A stretch of DNA of 62,449 nt, counting the filler, from Choristocarpus tenellus KU-1152 (taxonomy: Eukaryota; Protista; Phaeophyceae), in NCBI GenBank assembly GCA_964200185.2. It is 12 parts of 12 records of this genome, joined end to end, with 100 filler letters (N's around TTAATTAATTAA, not from the genome) between each part and the next. Parts side by side here need not be neighbours in the genome. Positions count along the whole stretch, not along the records: positions 1 to 9,325 come from CAXNAD020003779.1; positions 9,426 to 14,326 come from CAXNAD020012603.1; 10 more parts are not named here. One strand, given 5' to 3'. A program made the position numbers and the translations under genes. Below, one piece after another: positions 1-13,201 of the stretch. The notes below the pieces were generated by a model that saw nothing but the letters and a program-made list of their open reading frames with translations, made no database searches and was not told where the DNA came from. Every line of letters begins with the position of its first letter. Within the stretch, counting starts at the first letter, position 1.

Positions 1-1810
1 CAGTCAATTTTGGGTCAAGCCCATCCTCAATGAAAAGCTCCATCCTCAATTTTTGAAATCGGCTGTTATCTGAAGATACTCTCACCAGATACTTGTGACA
101 ATGTGGAGATGTGTTGTGGTAGTGTTTTCGAGAATACAATGCATGGGGAATGAATTGAATGTTGGTATAAGAGAGAGCCAAACCAATTGATAGGTAGACA
201 GGTTTGGAGCCTTTTGCATTCCAACCCATATTTATTACCCTGTGCAGTGCACTCCATTTCATTACTTCAATGTGCACAACAACAGTGTACAAAACGGCAT
301 CTTTCTGCCCTTTCTCAAAATCTTTAAAATGCAACCCTGCCTACGTCCCAGTTGGTTTGACAAATATTCTGGGGGAAAACAATGCAAATTGAAGAGAGTA
401 TATAGAATATATTATGCCCACTAACATTTGTAGATGTGTAAGGGGAGGAAGACGACAAAGATCAAGGTTACAAAAACTTCTTATACAATACTAGTGACCA
501 TGTTCAAAATGCTTGTCTTGAAAATGGATGACGGACCTATACAGAAGCTGTACTAATATTAAACCACAATGTTCCTGGGAGATTGTGTCCTACAAACCAA
601 TTCACAATACTATGCCTCCAGCCTAGCCCTTTCAAAGTGGGCAAGGAGCAAGGGAGGAATATCAAGAATCTGTGAGGCCCCTTCGTGACCCCTGGTGCAA
701 TGTCTCCGACTTGATATGCATGGACGACTCGACATAGCAACTTGTGCATTTACGGATACTACCTGTCTCAAACGAGTCTTACAACCCTTTCCTACGGTAA
801 GCCCAAGCCCCTCTTCCCCCTACCACACTAACCACACTATGAGTGGCCAACTCATCAATGAAGTTTCTGTTACTCAATGAGATGCCCAAAACTATGCACG
901 CCAAAGATCCTTCGCAAAGGGTACGTTTTTGTGCCTCAGGTACATAAGGGAGTAATGTATAATATATCCAGAATAAAATAGTCGAGAACTTAATGCTCTG
1001 GACAGTCGTCACGTGCCATTAGTTTGATGTATGATGCAATGGTGCTCAAAAACATTGTGCAGATATTATCGTGGAGAAGGAAGCAACATGCAGCATGCTC
1101 GGACCCATAGGATCAAAGAAACGCAAAAAAGAGAGCAAAACGAAGAATCCATTTGACAAGAACACACAAGTACAGGAATGTAACAAAGAATATCAAGAAC
1201 AATGTGGAAAAGTAAAGAATCTACTATGTGTAAAACGAAAAACTCTAAGGGAAGAACAGAGAGAACCCCACAAGAAGTGAAAATCCAGAAGCTACATGCA
1301 CCAAACAATCGGCTCTAGTGAGCACTGGCATTTGTACCAACGTCCAATGCCGTCCCTCCATCAGTTCAGAAAAACAAGCAAATTAAAACACAACAGTAAA
1401 AAAAGGGAAAAAAAGAACAGAAATTCGTGAAAAGTTCAATATCTAGGAGAAGATAATGAAATCAGGCAAACACCAGCACCAGAGCAAAGGTGACCTGTCT
1501 TCAACCACCTCAATTTATCATTCCATTCATTCTTCAACCCTGTCAAAATGTAGTTTCCTCAAGTATCCGAGCAAGTTTATTTTCGGCAAACAGGTTAGGG
1601 GTGAAGGCGACTTTCCATGTTACCAATATGGCTCTGAGCTCGCTTTTTGCCATCTCCTGCCTTTGATTGAAGCAGAAGATCATCAGCGACCAGCTTGTTG
1701 GCCAAACAATGTGCCAATGTAATCCTCAGAGGTGGTTTGGACAGCACACCCCGTCGGTCGAGTAGCATCACCCCCCCCGCAATTCATCTGTGCAAACCTC
1801 GCCAGTCACA

Positions 1811-2067
1811 GAGTTAGAGTATCTTAGAGGGTAGAGTCGCATCCATTTTCGGGCGAAATCCAATGTTGAAGTTTTTATGAAATTTTGGCTACCATGTTTG
1901 TTAGGAGATGTCAATATCCTTGTTCCGGGCGCACCTTTTCATAACGTATAGATTTACTTCCTTCGAAAAAATTTGGAGTAGGTAGTATGTTATTCAAAAC
2001 CCGTGGGAAGCCAAGCCCCAAATGGATAAACAGGGAAAAACTCGTACCCTCTAAGATACTTTCACTC
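1811..2067. mobile_element. MITE family B (~255 bp, Sola-like GAG..CTC termini)
   Basis: TIR core AGTATCTTAGAGGGTA; flanks ACA/ACA. Confidence 0.85.
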
Positions 2068-2581
2068 ACACACTAATATTTTTCAGCTTATCACAGCAGT
2101 GGTAGAGTCAAATGCCAAACTGTTCCTATCTCCTCTCCTTTCTGCTCTCCTTCTTGTAGTAGGTACGTTTGCATCTATGAGCAAAGATGAGCATTCTGTC
2201 CTTGTTGGAAAGAACCTGATCCATAGTTTCGTGCAGGACCGTCCAGAGTTCGTCCTTCTCTCGTCTTTCTTGATTCACTTTCTCGCCCCTCTAGTATAGA
2301 CTCGGTCGGGGCATAGTCTACGATGAATCAATGATGCTGCATTGGGTATACCTGTCATTTAGAATCCAAAGCTTTAGGCGGCAGTAGTACAAATCAATTA
2401 ATGAACGTATTCTAACTTCAACTTTTCTCACTGAGAGCTCGACTTCTTCACTGCCAGTGCAACAACATGCATTATGATGTCTCCCTTTACCACCCTCACC
2501 TCCGCTGCAATGTAGAACATATATATCCATTGTGTTGATGAAGTCATGCCGACCGCTTCGTATTGTCAATTCAATTCTATT

Positions 2582-2841
2582 GAGCCAAAGCATCTTAGAG
2601 GGTACAACCACGTCCATTTGGGGGCCAAAATCCATTTTTTCGATTTCAATGTAATTTTGACTATCTTGTTTCTTGGGAAGTGTCAATATCGTTGTTCTGG
2701 ACACCCCTTTTCATGACATACACATTATACGTACTGCGAAAACATTTTGGAGCAGGAAAATGTCATTAAAAAATCCATGAGAAGCCAAGCCCCAAACGGA
2801 CAAACAGGGCAAAACTCGTACCCTCTAAGAAACTTTCACAC
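2582..2841. mobile_element. MITE family B
   Basis: TIRs; TSD TATT. Confidence 0.88.
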
Positions 2842-3989
2842 TATTTTCGCATCCATTGGACGTGACTCATGGGAGCAGTACCCTGCACCTATGCCCTTTC
2901 CTGCTCACATCATTCCAGGTAGAGATTGTTTCCTCCATGTTCTGATTGTATGGATAGGTATATGCGCACAAAAGAGATCTGATAGAGTGATGTAGATGTT
3001 GTTAGAGCCGGCACAAAGTGGATACCCTACTGATCGTGTGGGAGAGACACACGTAGTTGTTGGCGCAAGGAAACATGCAATATTGTGAGTAGATATCCAT
3101 GATGATGTGAACACAGAGAGAGGTGCGATGTGGCGAAGAGTCACGCGATACAGAGGAGAGATACTAATGACAATTAGCATTTGAAGAGTCCTTTCAAGTC
3201 AACCCAATCCAAGGGACCTCGATCTTTTATTTAGAAGAGTAGTAGGCACGAAATTGTGCGCAAGTAGACATGAGGCTAAGAGCCTGACTGGTAACTATAT
3301 AAGACACATCACTCACACAGACGTGTAGACAAACGGATGGACGGGAAGGAGTGACCTAGTGTTACCCGGTACGTACATTAGAGGTGTCCAATACGTTTCA
3401 AGTAAGTAGGCCCACACTCGACGGTTGCACTTATTTCACCGTTTGGTGGGTTCGTGGATCTGATGGTTTGCCCAACTGAATATATCTGTTTCTGTAACGG
3501 TGACATGTATGTGTTGGCATAGTCACATCGACCACTATGTTATTAGGCACCAAAAGAAACGGTTGTGGTGGGAATGTAGAAGGTAGGTTTCAGTTTCGGA
3601 AAACATTAACGTACACAGCAAAATATTTCCAGTCCAGCAGTTACATTTGTTTTTTGTTTTTTTAATATTTACAGGTCTACGGTTGGAGTTCTATTTTTTA
3701 CGGTATGGTTACGGTTACAGTTCGGATTTTGACAGTGGATACAGTTATGATGTACTTCGGTCGACAACAATGACAACATATATATATATATATATCCCTT
3801 ACACAATACAGATGTTCACGACAATGACGAGGGTTAACCGATTTCGTGTACAGGAGAGAGAGGGAACTAACGTAGAAGAATCTAGCCCGACCAGCGACCA
3901 AGTACACTCCAGAATTGCACCAACAAACAAGAAATCGAAGATCAGAGAAGCGAATATCACTCTACAATTATCCTGAACATATACCATCA

Positions 3990-4560
3990 ACATCTTTCAT
4001 CCTCTCCCAACATCCACCTCCTCTCATATGTTCCGTGCTGAGTGCCAGGCAGCTATTCTTGAGCCTAATAAAAGACTCATCCATTTCCTCACCTTGTGAA
4101 GGCGCGTGTCGATGATATTGATTGGTGAACGAATGATTTCCAAGCTTCAACATGGGCAGCCTGCTCCGTCTTACTGACTTCCACACCGTTTATCATGCAT
4201 CGGTTGATCCATCAATTGACCATGCATTGCTCTGCTGTGTGAGTCCTACTTTGGGGCGATCAGTGTACTTGATCCATTGCCGCTAGGTTCTACTTCTCCA
4301 TTGTATCCAGTCACCCCTCTGCATTTTGACTTCAAAGGATGCACCCTTTACGCGCCAGTCTTGGCACAGTCTTTCTTGGCTCCGTCACATGTTAGAAGTC
4401 AAACATTCACACCTCATTGACTCTCCACTTTTTGGCAACGTATCGAAGTAAGTCGATACGCCTGCTGCCTCTGCTGTCGCTTACATCGATCATACTCTGA
4501 TGATTGAGGCAGAAAGCCTTCAACCATATCAATATCATGGTCTTTAAGAAATATACCCAT
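3990..4560 (-). mobile_element. Ty1/copia RNase H relic with polypurine tract and probable LTR start near 3991
   Basis: Degenerate KLGNHSF..HRH...LSTEHM motifs; purine run followed by TGTTG on the minus strand. Confidence 0.45.
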
Positions 4561-4579
4561 TGTGGGCATAAGTGCACAT

Positions 4580-4740
4580 AACAGCCGATTTCAAAAATTG
4601 AGGATGGGCTTGACCCAAAATTTACTGGGATAAAGTGTCGATATGTTTTTTTTTTAAATTAAAACCCACCCCAACATATCGACACTTTATCCCGGTCAAT
4701 TTTGGGTCAAGCCCATCCTCAATTTTTGAAATCGGCTGTT
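4580..4740. mobile_element. MITE family A, complete foldback copy; partial or related ends at 1-68, 9426-9483, 26740-26787, 34813-34990, 35091-35154 and 62381-62449
   Basis: ~66-bp near-perfect TIRs AACAGCCGATTTCAAAAATTGAGGATGG...; mostly TA-flanked. Confidence 0.85.
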
Positions 4741-5639
4741 CCATGAAGTGACACGAGAGGTGGATGTGGTCTTCTCATGGCACCACATGATGGGCCACTC
4801 AATACTCTTGATAGAAGATGCCGACTCTTGAGTTTTTTTTTAATCAACGAACGAAAGTACATGAGGCCCACAAGTACACCAACAAATAATCCATTTGAAA
4901 CGTCCTGTGTAGACCTTGGCATTTCAATTGATCATTCTTGCAATTTCACCGATTTTTTTCCGTAGAAGAACCTCGAAGTGACACTAAATCGTGCAACTCA
5001 GAAATACCATGGGTATGGACATGTAGTGTGATCTTGCTATTATCAAAGACAGAAAAAAGAGGGTTTTCGGTCTAACACATGACTTTGATGTGTACCCAGA
5101 TGTTTCCAGTAGTACAGATTGTGAAACGCCTACAAAAAGGCATCAGATTTTTTTCACATAACATATGCAGACAATGTGGTAAGCTCATCTTGCTGAATAA
5201 TCTGTATTGTATACTTGGTACAGCGAAATACAGGTGATAGTCGCAAAACATCAGTCACACACGCCTGTGGTTTGTGTATGGGAGTGAATGCCCTAGCCAT
5301 ATCAACTCCTGTAAACAGTGGATACCGTGTGGGTGTTTTCTGGTGCAACATTTACAACTAGGGAAAGTAGAAAATGCCAACACAATCAAGTGAGAACAGG
5401 ATCAATTTGGAAATAAATTGGTGGACAGCGATTCCCTGTCAACTTCAAATTTACTCAATTGCCTCTTCATTGTGAAAATAATGTAAGACTATGTCTCCCG
5501 ACTGTGTGTGATCCGTGTCTCCATGGTGGCGAGGGGAACTCAATGCACCCTGTGCCTCTGTATCATTGAACTTCGCGTTTCTATCAGCCAATCACAACTC
5601 CTTCTCCCATCAAATCACTGCTCCAATCAAGCTCAATGA

Positions 5640-5723
5640 CTAGAAGTTCTTGTTGAGGGTTGAAGGGCAGCCACGGAGGGTGTTGTATGCCTTTAGCCGG
5701 GTAGAGTTGATGCGGATGAACCC
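5640..5723 (-). CDS. ASS1: Argininosuccinate synthase, terminal exon (GFIRINSTRLKAYNTLRGCPSTLNKNF*)
   Basis: CAG acceptor, phase 0, TAG stop at 5640-5642; matches the C-terminal GFI-IN-LRLK motif of ASS/ArgG. Confidence 0.9.
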   Translation of the reverse strand, partial: GFIRINSTRLKAYNTLRGCPSTLNKNF

Positions 5724-6205
5724 CTGGTTCAGCAAAAATACATAGCAAGGCAAGGGAACAGCAACAGGTGAGTAGAGGTGAAATAAGTTCAGCTCACATA
5801 CTATAGGCAGGGAACAGGTTAAATATTTGCGAAATATTTATAACACAACCACCCATCACCCAATACAAAAACGTTTTACCATAATCAGCAAACTGTTTAG
5901 TGGAAAGAGACAAGAAGCTCAAACACATCCCATTGATGCGAGCTCTGTGCCTACCGTTGTGTGTCTCCTATTGTTGAAGGACATCGAAGACACTTCACCA
6001 TCTCACACTCCCAACAACTGTCACACACGACACGCTATGGGTACACACACAGCACTATAGCCGCTTTTAGTCTTGACAATTGCACATTATCCTCTCAGTC
6101 TGACAAGGTCCGGTCTTCCACACAAGGAGTGCGTTACTGGGTTATCACACAATCCCCTTATCATATGTAATACACACCCCTACCCTGCAATAACATGCTC
6201 TCAAC

Positions 6206-6319
6206 CTGTGCATCAGCAGGTTCATAGTCAATCGATCCTCCTCCCTCAATCTCCATTGATGCCAGGTCAGAACTGTATAGGGTCTTGGGACTCTCACGAC
6301 CGGTGATCGTTATGTTTCC
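6206..6319 (-). CDS. ASS1: Argininosuccinate synthase exon (GNITITGRESPKTLYSSDLASMEIEGGGSIDYEPADAQ)
   Basis: AG/GT bounded, 114 bp, phase 0-0; GR-SP-SLY...SM...Y-P-DA motif of ASS. Confidence 0.9.
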
Positions 6320-7351
6320 CTAATTCAGAGGCATTGTAATGACAATCACAAAAGGGTATTGGGAGTTACAGGCTAAAAGTTTGATTGACTTCGAGCAATT
6401 AGGGTGGTTGAGTGAGTGAGAGCTAGGAAAATAAATAGAGGGGCTGTATTGTGACAATCAAAGAGCAATTAATACTTGAAACAACAAGGCTCTAAGAATC
6501 AAGTAACTACCACAAGACCATCCGTAGCTACTTCCATTAATCCCTTGGGAAAAAAGAACTAAATTAAAGAGGTCGTTCACCTGTCAGCACTACACGCACG
6601 CAAGTACTGAAACAATTGAAGTTCACATCAATTTGGAATACGTTAATCTATAGTTGAACAAGCTATCCTCTGACTCAGTAACTGCATTACTGGTTATGTT
6701 GAAAAGCATTTATACTCTCAAGTACATACACGGCCTGTCATGACACATCTTGTCAAGAGCATGTCAATATCAATCACACCAACAGACTGTACAAAAGAGA
6801 GCTCAAGGTCAAAAAATTAAATTAGCAGGACACACACATACACATACTATCCCCTCCCTGCACTCACAAAGAGTCAAAAGTAAAACAAGAGGTATCCAGA
6901 GTTGCATTTTAAGTATGCCATCAAATCTGTCCAGAATCTTGTCTTGTTTCTACAAATGCATGTAGGATATTTTCTTAATTCTGTTGAAAATTAAAAAACA
7001 GTAGAGAAATAAACACTCTCAGGTCAAACTTGACACTTATCCACAGAAATATGGGTCAATTCCAGAAGATGCAAAAAAAAAACTGGCTTAAACTGAAAAA
7101 CGCCCAAAAACTGGGGACCTTTCGATTAATTTTGTTCAAAGACTATGCTCTATTGTAGTGCTACTTCAGTGCATATGATGGCACAAGCAAAAGTACCCCC
7201 CCAGCATAAAACTCGGGTAGACCCATTAAAATCTACACAAAACACACCACCAATCCTTAACTATCTATCCAGCCATTCCTTTCTCCTCAGACCATACAAT
7301 TGCCCCTGATGAACCATTTCATTACTGTGCCCAAAGCCCCCGCATTATCAC

Positions 7352-7439
7352 CTTGTAGCACTGCAGCTCCACCGCTCCTTCAACATCCCTTTGAGAGTAG
7401 TCAATGGCATGCTTCACAAGCTCCATCTCAGGAGCATAC
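7352..7439 (-). CDS. ASS1: Argininosuccinate synthase exon (YAPEMELVKHAIDYSQRDVEGAVELQCYK)
   Basis: AG/GT bounded, phase 2-0, compatible with both neighbouring exons; (F/Y)xPE...SQ..V.G.V....YKG motif. Confidence 0.9.
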
Positions 7440-7782
7440 CTTCACAAGGAAGAGAGACAGAGTTCAAGGTAAGGGGACACACTACCACACCATGCAGCGA
7501 GCACAATCTATCCAACCCATGGCAGCACGCGCCTGGATCTTCCGAGTGAATCCACAACAACGGAACTCAGTGCCCACTAGAGTTTAGAACACATCCAAGG
7601 CAAAAACAAGAGTACACTCCTAAATCACACCATACCATATCCCTTTTTTATCCAACAAAAAATAAATAAATCCCAAACCGATTGATTAGGTATCCGGTCA
7701 CTATCAACTCTGCTAGGGATTCAGAATCTACTACTCCACTCTTGCACCCTCGGCCTCTCCTCTCTCTCCTCTGCCCTCTCAC

Positions 7783-7844
7783 CAAAAGCCGTTGTAGCAA
7801 AGTCGAGAAAACTCATCGCTGAGCATGTTACGCACCCGAACCAC
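7783..7844 (-). CDS. ASS1: Argininosuccinate synthase exon (VVRVRNMLSDEFSRLCYNGFW)
   Basis: CAG acceptor, GTGAG donor, phase 0-2; YNGFW motif. Confidence 0.9.
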
Positions 7845-8545
7845 CTGCCAATCAAACAACAAGGCCAAAATTGATTCAAAAAAGGTTCGATGCAACTGGG
7901 CACAACGCATTGGCTCAGTGAGGCAGGCGGAGGCGGCAAGCGGCATCAGGGCGGAGGACCATGGCGTGCACTACGTGTCCTCGATGCAAATTAATAAAAA
8001 TATGTTTTGTTGTGCACGTTGATCGGAACATGGTGGGCACACGTTTTACTGCTTACTACTCCCACTAAAAAAAAAAAAAAAATCAAAAAAACAGAGAGGC
8101 TCTGTAAGAGATGGGACATATGTTGCCTTCGCCTACTACACATGATCTCGTGGAATGACAAGAGCACGTGAACCCCAACAGTAGGGCTTTATCATAACCA
8201 ACTGAACAGTACCCTCAATTCTTGTGAAGTATTCTTCAAAGCCGCCACGAAAAGATCAGACAAAAACAAAAAAAAATCTCTAACCATTTCACACGCTGCT
8301 CAAGTCAATTTTCAACGCAAGCGCAACACATGTTTTTGCTAACAATCCTTCCCACTCCCCCCACATGCAGGTTAACCAACCACCAACGGGAGTTTGTAGA
8401 TATACCCTAACCCTAACCCACAAAACAAATATTTTTCCTAATACCCAATCCTGCATGTAACATGAAATTCACAAGGCAGTAACTGAGGCTCCTTACAAAC
8501 AATCAATGCCCCCCTTATCTAGATTTTTTCACCCCCATCTCACAC

Positions 8546-8645
8546 CTCCTTGTCCAGGCACAACCCTTCAAGGTCAATGTGTGCAACCCTCAGCAGGGTC
8601 CCTGCTGGAGTCTCATACACTCCCCTGGACTTGATACCCACAAAC
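8546..8645 (-). CDS. ASS1: Argininosuccinate synthase exon ([33 protein letters not shown]); upstream exons not found on this contig
   Basis: KSRGVYETP signature of ASS/ArgG; AG/GT bounded. Confidence 0.93.
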
Positions 8646-9325
8646 CTTTTGCAGAGGTGATGGAAAAGAAAAGAAAAGATAGGGGGGGGGGGGGAGTTGA
8701 GTATGATGGTCACCTCTACCCTCTGCAGAGTAAATAAATAATACCCAGAAAGCAAACATGGAAGGAGAAAAAATATACATTTTTTAGAAAGAGGATAGAA
8801 GATGCCACAACCAGACAGCAAAAGTCAAAAAGGTGAGGGATGTTTTTGATGGCATGGAACAGTGAATCCAAACCCATCCAGTTAAAATCCATACATACTC
8901 TCGATAGGGCTCTTTCGATGAGCTTAAAAAGTTGAGGTCTAAGATACCAAGCAGAACCAAATCCCCCAAAAAGAATAATTAGAACGGAAAATGGAACCAG
9001 CCTTGTGTACAAGGGGAATGAGAAGAAATAATATAAATTTAATTTAAAATGTGACACACAAATAACAAGAGTCAGCACTATCCTGATACTCCACCGCAAA
9101 GAGGCATCTCTACTTGAATAATTTTATCCATATATATATATATATATATTTTAAAATGCTCAAAGCTAACAAGTCGGTTTCAAAAAGGATGTAAGGATCA
9201 CATACAGTTGGTACAATAAAAAAAGTGGACAAAAAAGGGTGTAGTCCCCTGTATTAGGTCCAAAGGAAGGTACCGAGAAGAGAAAAAAAAAAAAAGACTC
9301 GGTATCTGTATAGAGGGAACAAGCA

Positions 9326-9425
9326 NNNNNNNNNNNNNNNNNNNNNNNNNNNNNNNNNNNNNNNNNNNNTTAATTAATTAANNNNNNNNNNNNNNNNNNN
9401 NNNNNNNNNNNNNNNNNNNNNNNNN
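9326..9425. other. Artificial contig spacer N44-TTAATTAATTAA-N44; also at 14327-14426, 17404-17503, 26788-26887, 31810-31909, 34991-35090, 43297-43396, 48895-48994, 52512-52611, 56508-56607 and 59350-59449
   Basis: Identical 100-bp structure 11 times; the linker gives stops in all six frames. Confidence 0.98.
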
Positions 9426-12400
9426 TCGGTCAATCCCATCCTCCATGAAATGATCCATCCGCCATTATCATGATCCGCTGTTATACACTATGAAATCCTG
9501 ACAAACGCCAGAATCTGTTCACTCCAACCCACACGTCTCACTCTGGCTGAGAATGTTAGGGCGATCCTATACCTCCCTTCACTTCCTGCCAATATTAAGA
9601 TAGCATTTGTTACTCTCTTTGCCCCTCCTACATCACCAGTACCTACACAAAATGAAGTCCGATCATGTCAATCCCTTCTTCACCCAATCTGCAACCACTC
9701 CCCATCACTCCTCCATGAAAGCAATATTGAGTATGAAACAAAGAAAAGACGGAAATGTGAAACTTACCTAAATCTCCTCTGCTCCCCCTACTTTCATATA
9801 CACCCCCCAATGAAATAACGCGAAATTGAATGCTCTTCCAATTTCAATGTTTTATGAATGCACCATTGTGGTCGTAGAAGGTGAGTCTGCGTCTAGTTAA
9901 GAAATATATATATTTTAAGCGCTCTATGTGAGACATTCAATGTAGGTATAACAGCACTTATCCTCGTGTGCCAACAGTGTCTCTCCCATTTTGATCAGAA
10001 GATATTACGTAGAATCATAGGTATTATTGCAACAGATAGAATATCCAATCCGATGACGATCACCTCATCGTATGTAGTCCACAAACAAAAATAAATCTTC
10101 AGTGACATCCAACCTTTTGCAGCCTTCGAGTTGGCTGCTATTAAATTCGTAACACCGCCAAAAAAGCGGCTATCTGTACCAGAAAAAAGATTGGAAATAT
10201 TTGGACAAGCAATCTGCATTCTTAAAAAGACGAAAGTATGGAACAAAATATTTCACTTCCTTTTCTCTTTCTTTACTTTATTGTAAGCTTTGTGTCAATT
10301 TCATAGGATTGCCCGCTCTCTTTATTTTCAGATCACACATTATTAACTTCATTAAAGTTTGGAGGCATTCAATCCATGATGTAAAAAAAACAAAAACAGA
10401 ACAAACTAAATCACTACACTAAAAAAAAAGACACAAAACATGTAAATCTTGTTGATGCCCATAAATGTTGCTGTAGTAGTATTTCCCACAGCAGGACACA
10501 CAACCCATTGGCAAAATTGGCAATGCCAATATAGATCAACATGATCTACAGGAGGAACAGATTCCCACCCTCCAAAGTACAACAATCAGGTCTTCTCCTA
10601 GGATCAGAGTGATGGTGAGCCAACCACAACTAAACTAAGACTGGTCCTGAACTCTCACACCTATCACTGCAGCTTGTAACGTTCTTTTCCTTTGCTTCAG
10701 AGGAAAACGCAACCCAAGGTGGTGCCGTGTATGTTGGCAGCAAAACAAAACCCGGGTCACCACAACAGTATCAAATATATACCTGGTGTAGTGGGAGAAG
10801 AACCAAGACTTCGAACTCCTTGCAAAGCACAAAACAAAGAGTAAATGACAATGGTGCTCTACACAACCAACATGTAAACAGAACCCACCAAACTTTTATC
10901 CAACTTGCCCATGCTCCAAAACACCTACAATATTAAGCACACAATGAGGACCTTACTTCATGTCACTACAGAATCGCACACATCATGCAAAAAAGAAAAA
11001 ATGCACACACGCACATGATTGACTACCCCTATCATTTACGAGGCTAACTGTTGAAATCCCCAGAGCCTCTAGACAGGTGCCTTATCACACAGTATAACAG
11101 AATGACACATTTTCAGGGTTGGGGGGGTTGGACCATTGAGCGCATCCCTACCGACCCAAGATTGCACAGGCAGGCTACCACACTGGCAGTGTAATAATTG
11201 CTTCCTGAAGCATGATCCACATATATCAGCAGACACAGCACACAGCTTACGTACAGACAGGCAATCTAATCATGAACAAACAAATGCATGAGCAAAACAC
11301 AGTGAGAGGTAAGGGCAGAAGGCACTATTGTCTCTCCTCAAGAAAGGGGGGTGCTCAATATGTCAGCACTGAGATGGGACTTGTGGCACATTTGAAATGT
11401 GCACCCTCTACAGCAGAAATATCAAAATCCCACTCAAACAACCCTAACCACCCAACTCTCAAGACTTTGCCTGACCATATCCCGCCTTGGCCATATACAG
11501 CAGCCCGAAGATATTTGTTATACCACGACCTAGGTATTGGAAAAACAATGTTGAAAAAATCAACTTCCAGACGTATGCATTCGGAAGATTTATGGGTTTC
11601 CATGTATATATGGAGGCATTACTAGTACAAGGTCCTCATTCATACCCCAACTGTCCTGCGAACCAGCTTGCTGGCTCATCCATATTGCTGCCTTTCAACA
11701 TATTTTCTGTACAGCACTTCTCAACACATATCCCAGTATAAAATAGTGCCACAAACAACAGTACACTACTCACACCTTAATAAACTGATGCCTGCTCCAA
11801 CCTGGTCAGACCCTCTTGTCCCCCCTCCAGCAACACATACGGTGCCTCCCAAAAGGTTCATAGATGCATACCCCCCTGCATGATGTGTGGGCATTTTCTA
11901 CTGAACCACTGAAACCACTGCTGAAATGAGAGACACATCCACTAGCACACAGCTGCCATTTGATGTGATCCAGTCAACAAACCCTTATCACTCTACCTCC
12001 TTCCAAGCTAAGCACACCAGGCAGTAAGTTGTAGGCACTGCACACGTCTGAGCATGCATTAATGCTACCGGAAGGCACACTTCAACTCCCATTGCCTGTT
12101 AAAACACAAGGCATTGCAGTCACTTAAGAGAGAAACAATCACACAGTTTCAGCCGGACACTGAGCAATTCACCAGAGCATGTGCAAGACATACCTCATCT
12201 CCAACTGCCTACACTCACAAATGACTATTGGAACTAAAGAGTTTTTAGCAAGTGAATCATACAGGAACCTCTGCCAGCACTAGTTCAATGCTACTGGTGC
12301 TGTGACTACAGTGAGAGGTGTCAGATATGCAGGAGGGGGAGGGGGGGAGCCACATGAGGAACTGGATCAAGCACAACAAGAGGCCATGGAAGCTGAATTG

Positions 12401-12466
12401 CAACACTAATTGATCTCATTAGAACAACATTCTGTACCCTACAGGGTCATCCAGCATACCAAACCC

Positions 12467-13201
12467 TCATGGCATATCATTTTGAGACACTCCAGTTTCC
12501 CCACCTTCCCCCATCCCTCCAACACCCATAAGAAGAGCTGCCCCATGTCCAGTCCCTTCCCCCTTCACTACCCCACCTCCTGCAGACTGTTCAGTCAACA
12601 CCTGCCCCTGTGCCTCTGACACAGCTACATGCATACCCATTCCTGATCCGTTCCCTACATCAGGCCCCAGCAACCTATCTCTCTCCCCCATCCCACTACC
12701 AGCCACAACCTGTTGAGAGATATTTCCCCTTTCCCCACCCCCCATATCGTCTTTCCCTCTCCCAGTCCAGATGGCACCATCTCTGCCAGCTACTTCCTCC
12801 TCTCCTTCACCCATCTCCAGCACAACCCCACCAGCTCTACCTTCTCCAACCTGCAAAGGCGTCTCTGTTGCTGTTGACTCTGAAGACACATCCAAGATCA
12901 CACCCTCCACCTGAACCGGGTCCAGCCCATCTGTTCTGGTACCAGGGATGGGGGATCGAAGGTCTGCCAGGACAATGGTCATGTTGTCAAGAGACCCAAG
13001 AGACAGACACCGGTAAAGCACACTTTTAGCAAGCTCCCTCAGCTTGCTATGCCTATTGCTATCTTTGCCTTGCTCTGCACCTTGACTTGAAGCACTATCC
13101 AAGGAATTTGCCTGATTTGATAGGGGCACAAGTGCAAGGGGGGGGGAGGGAGCTTGCGTGTTACTATTTGGGACGGTATCACCTGTAGTCAAATGGGGTA
13201 C
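12467..13201 (-). CDS. PP2C (PPM-type) protein phosphatase, probable terminal exon with a long Gly/Glu-rich tail
   Basis: GSLDNMTIVLADL matches PP2C motif 11 (GS-DN-T); CAG acceptor at 13202-13204 is in phase with the upstream exon; 5' boundary uncertain. Confidence 0.75.
   Translation of the reverse strand, partial: VPHLTTGDTVPNSNTQAPSPPLALVPLSNQANSLDSASSQGAEQGKDSNRHSKLRELAKSVLYRCLSLGSLDNMTIVLADLRSPIPGTRTDGLDPVQVEGVILDVSSESTATETPLQVGEGRAGGVVLEMGEGEEEVAGRDGAIWTGRGKDDMGGGERGNISQQVVAGSGMGERDRLLGPDVGNGSGMGMHVAVSEAQGQVLTEQSAGGGVVKGEGTGHGAALLMGVGGMGEGGETGVSQNDMP

Larger units (their letters stand above)
1500..2960 (-). mobile_element. Decayed RTE-like LINE endonuclease region, interrupted by two family-B MITEs
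   Basis: Remnants RSG..F...YVLHCSGG..GKG, KDELWTVLHETMDQV, LIDAN and DYI across shifted frames. Confidence 0.6.

Noticed and set aside
430-1040. Possible piggyBac C-terminal relic
   Set aside because: Resemblance too weak; no TTAA/TIR support
2318-2995. ORFs recurring across the window (MDFGPQMD..., ...KLVPSKILS)
   Set aside because: Translations of non-coding MITE family B, not a gene family
2997-3377. Possible TG...CA LTR
   Set aside because: No second copy, TSD or clear primer-binding site in the window
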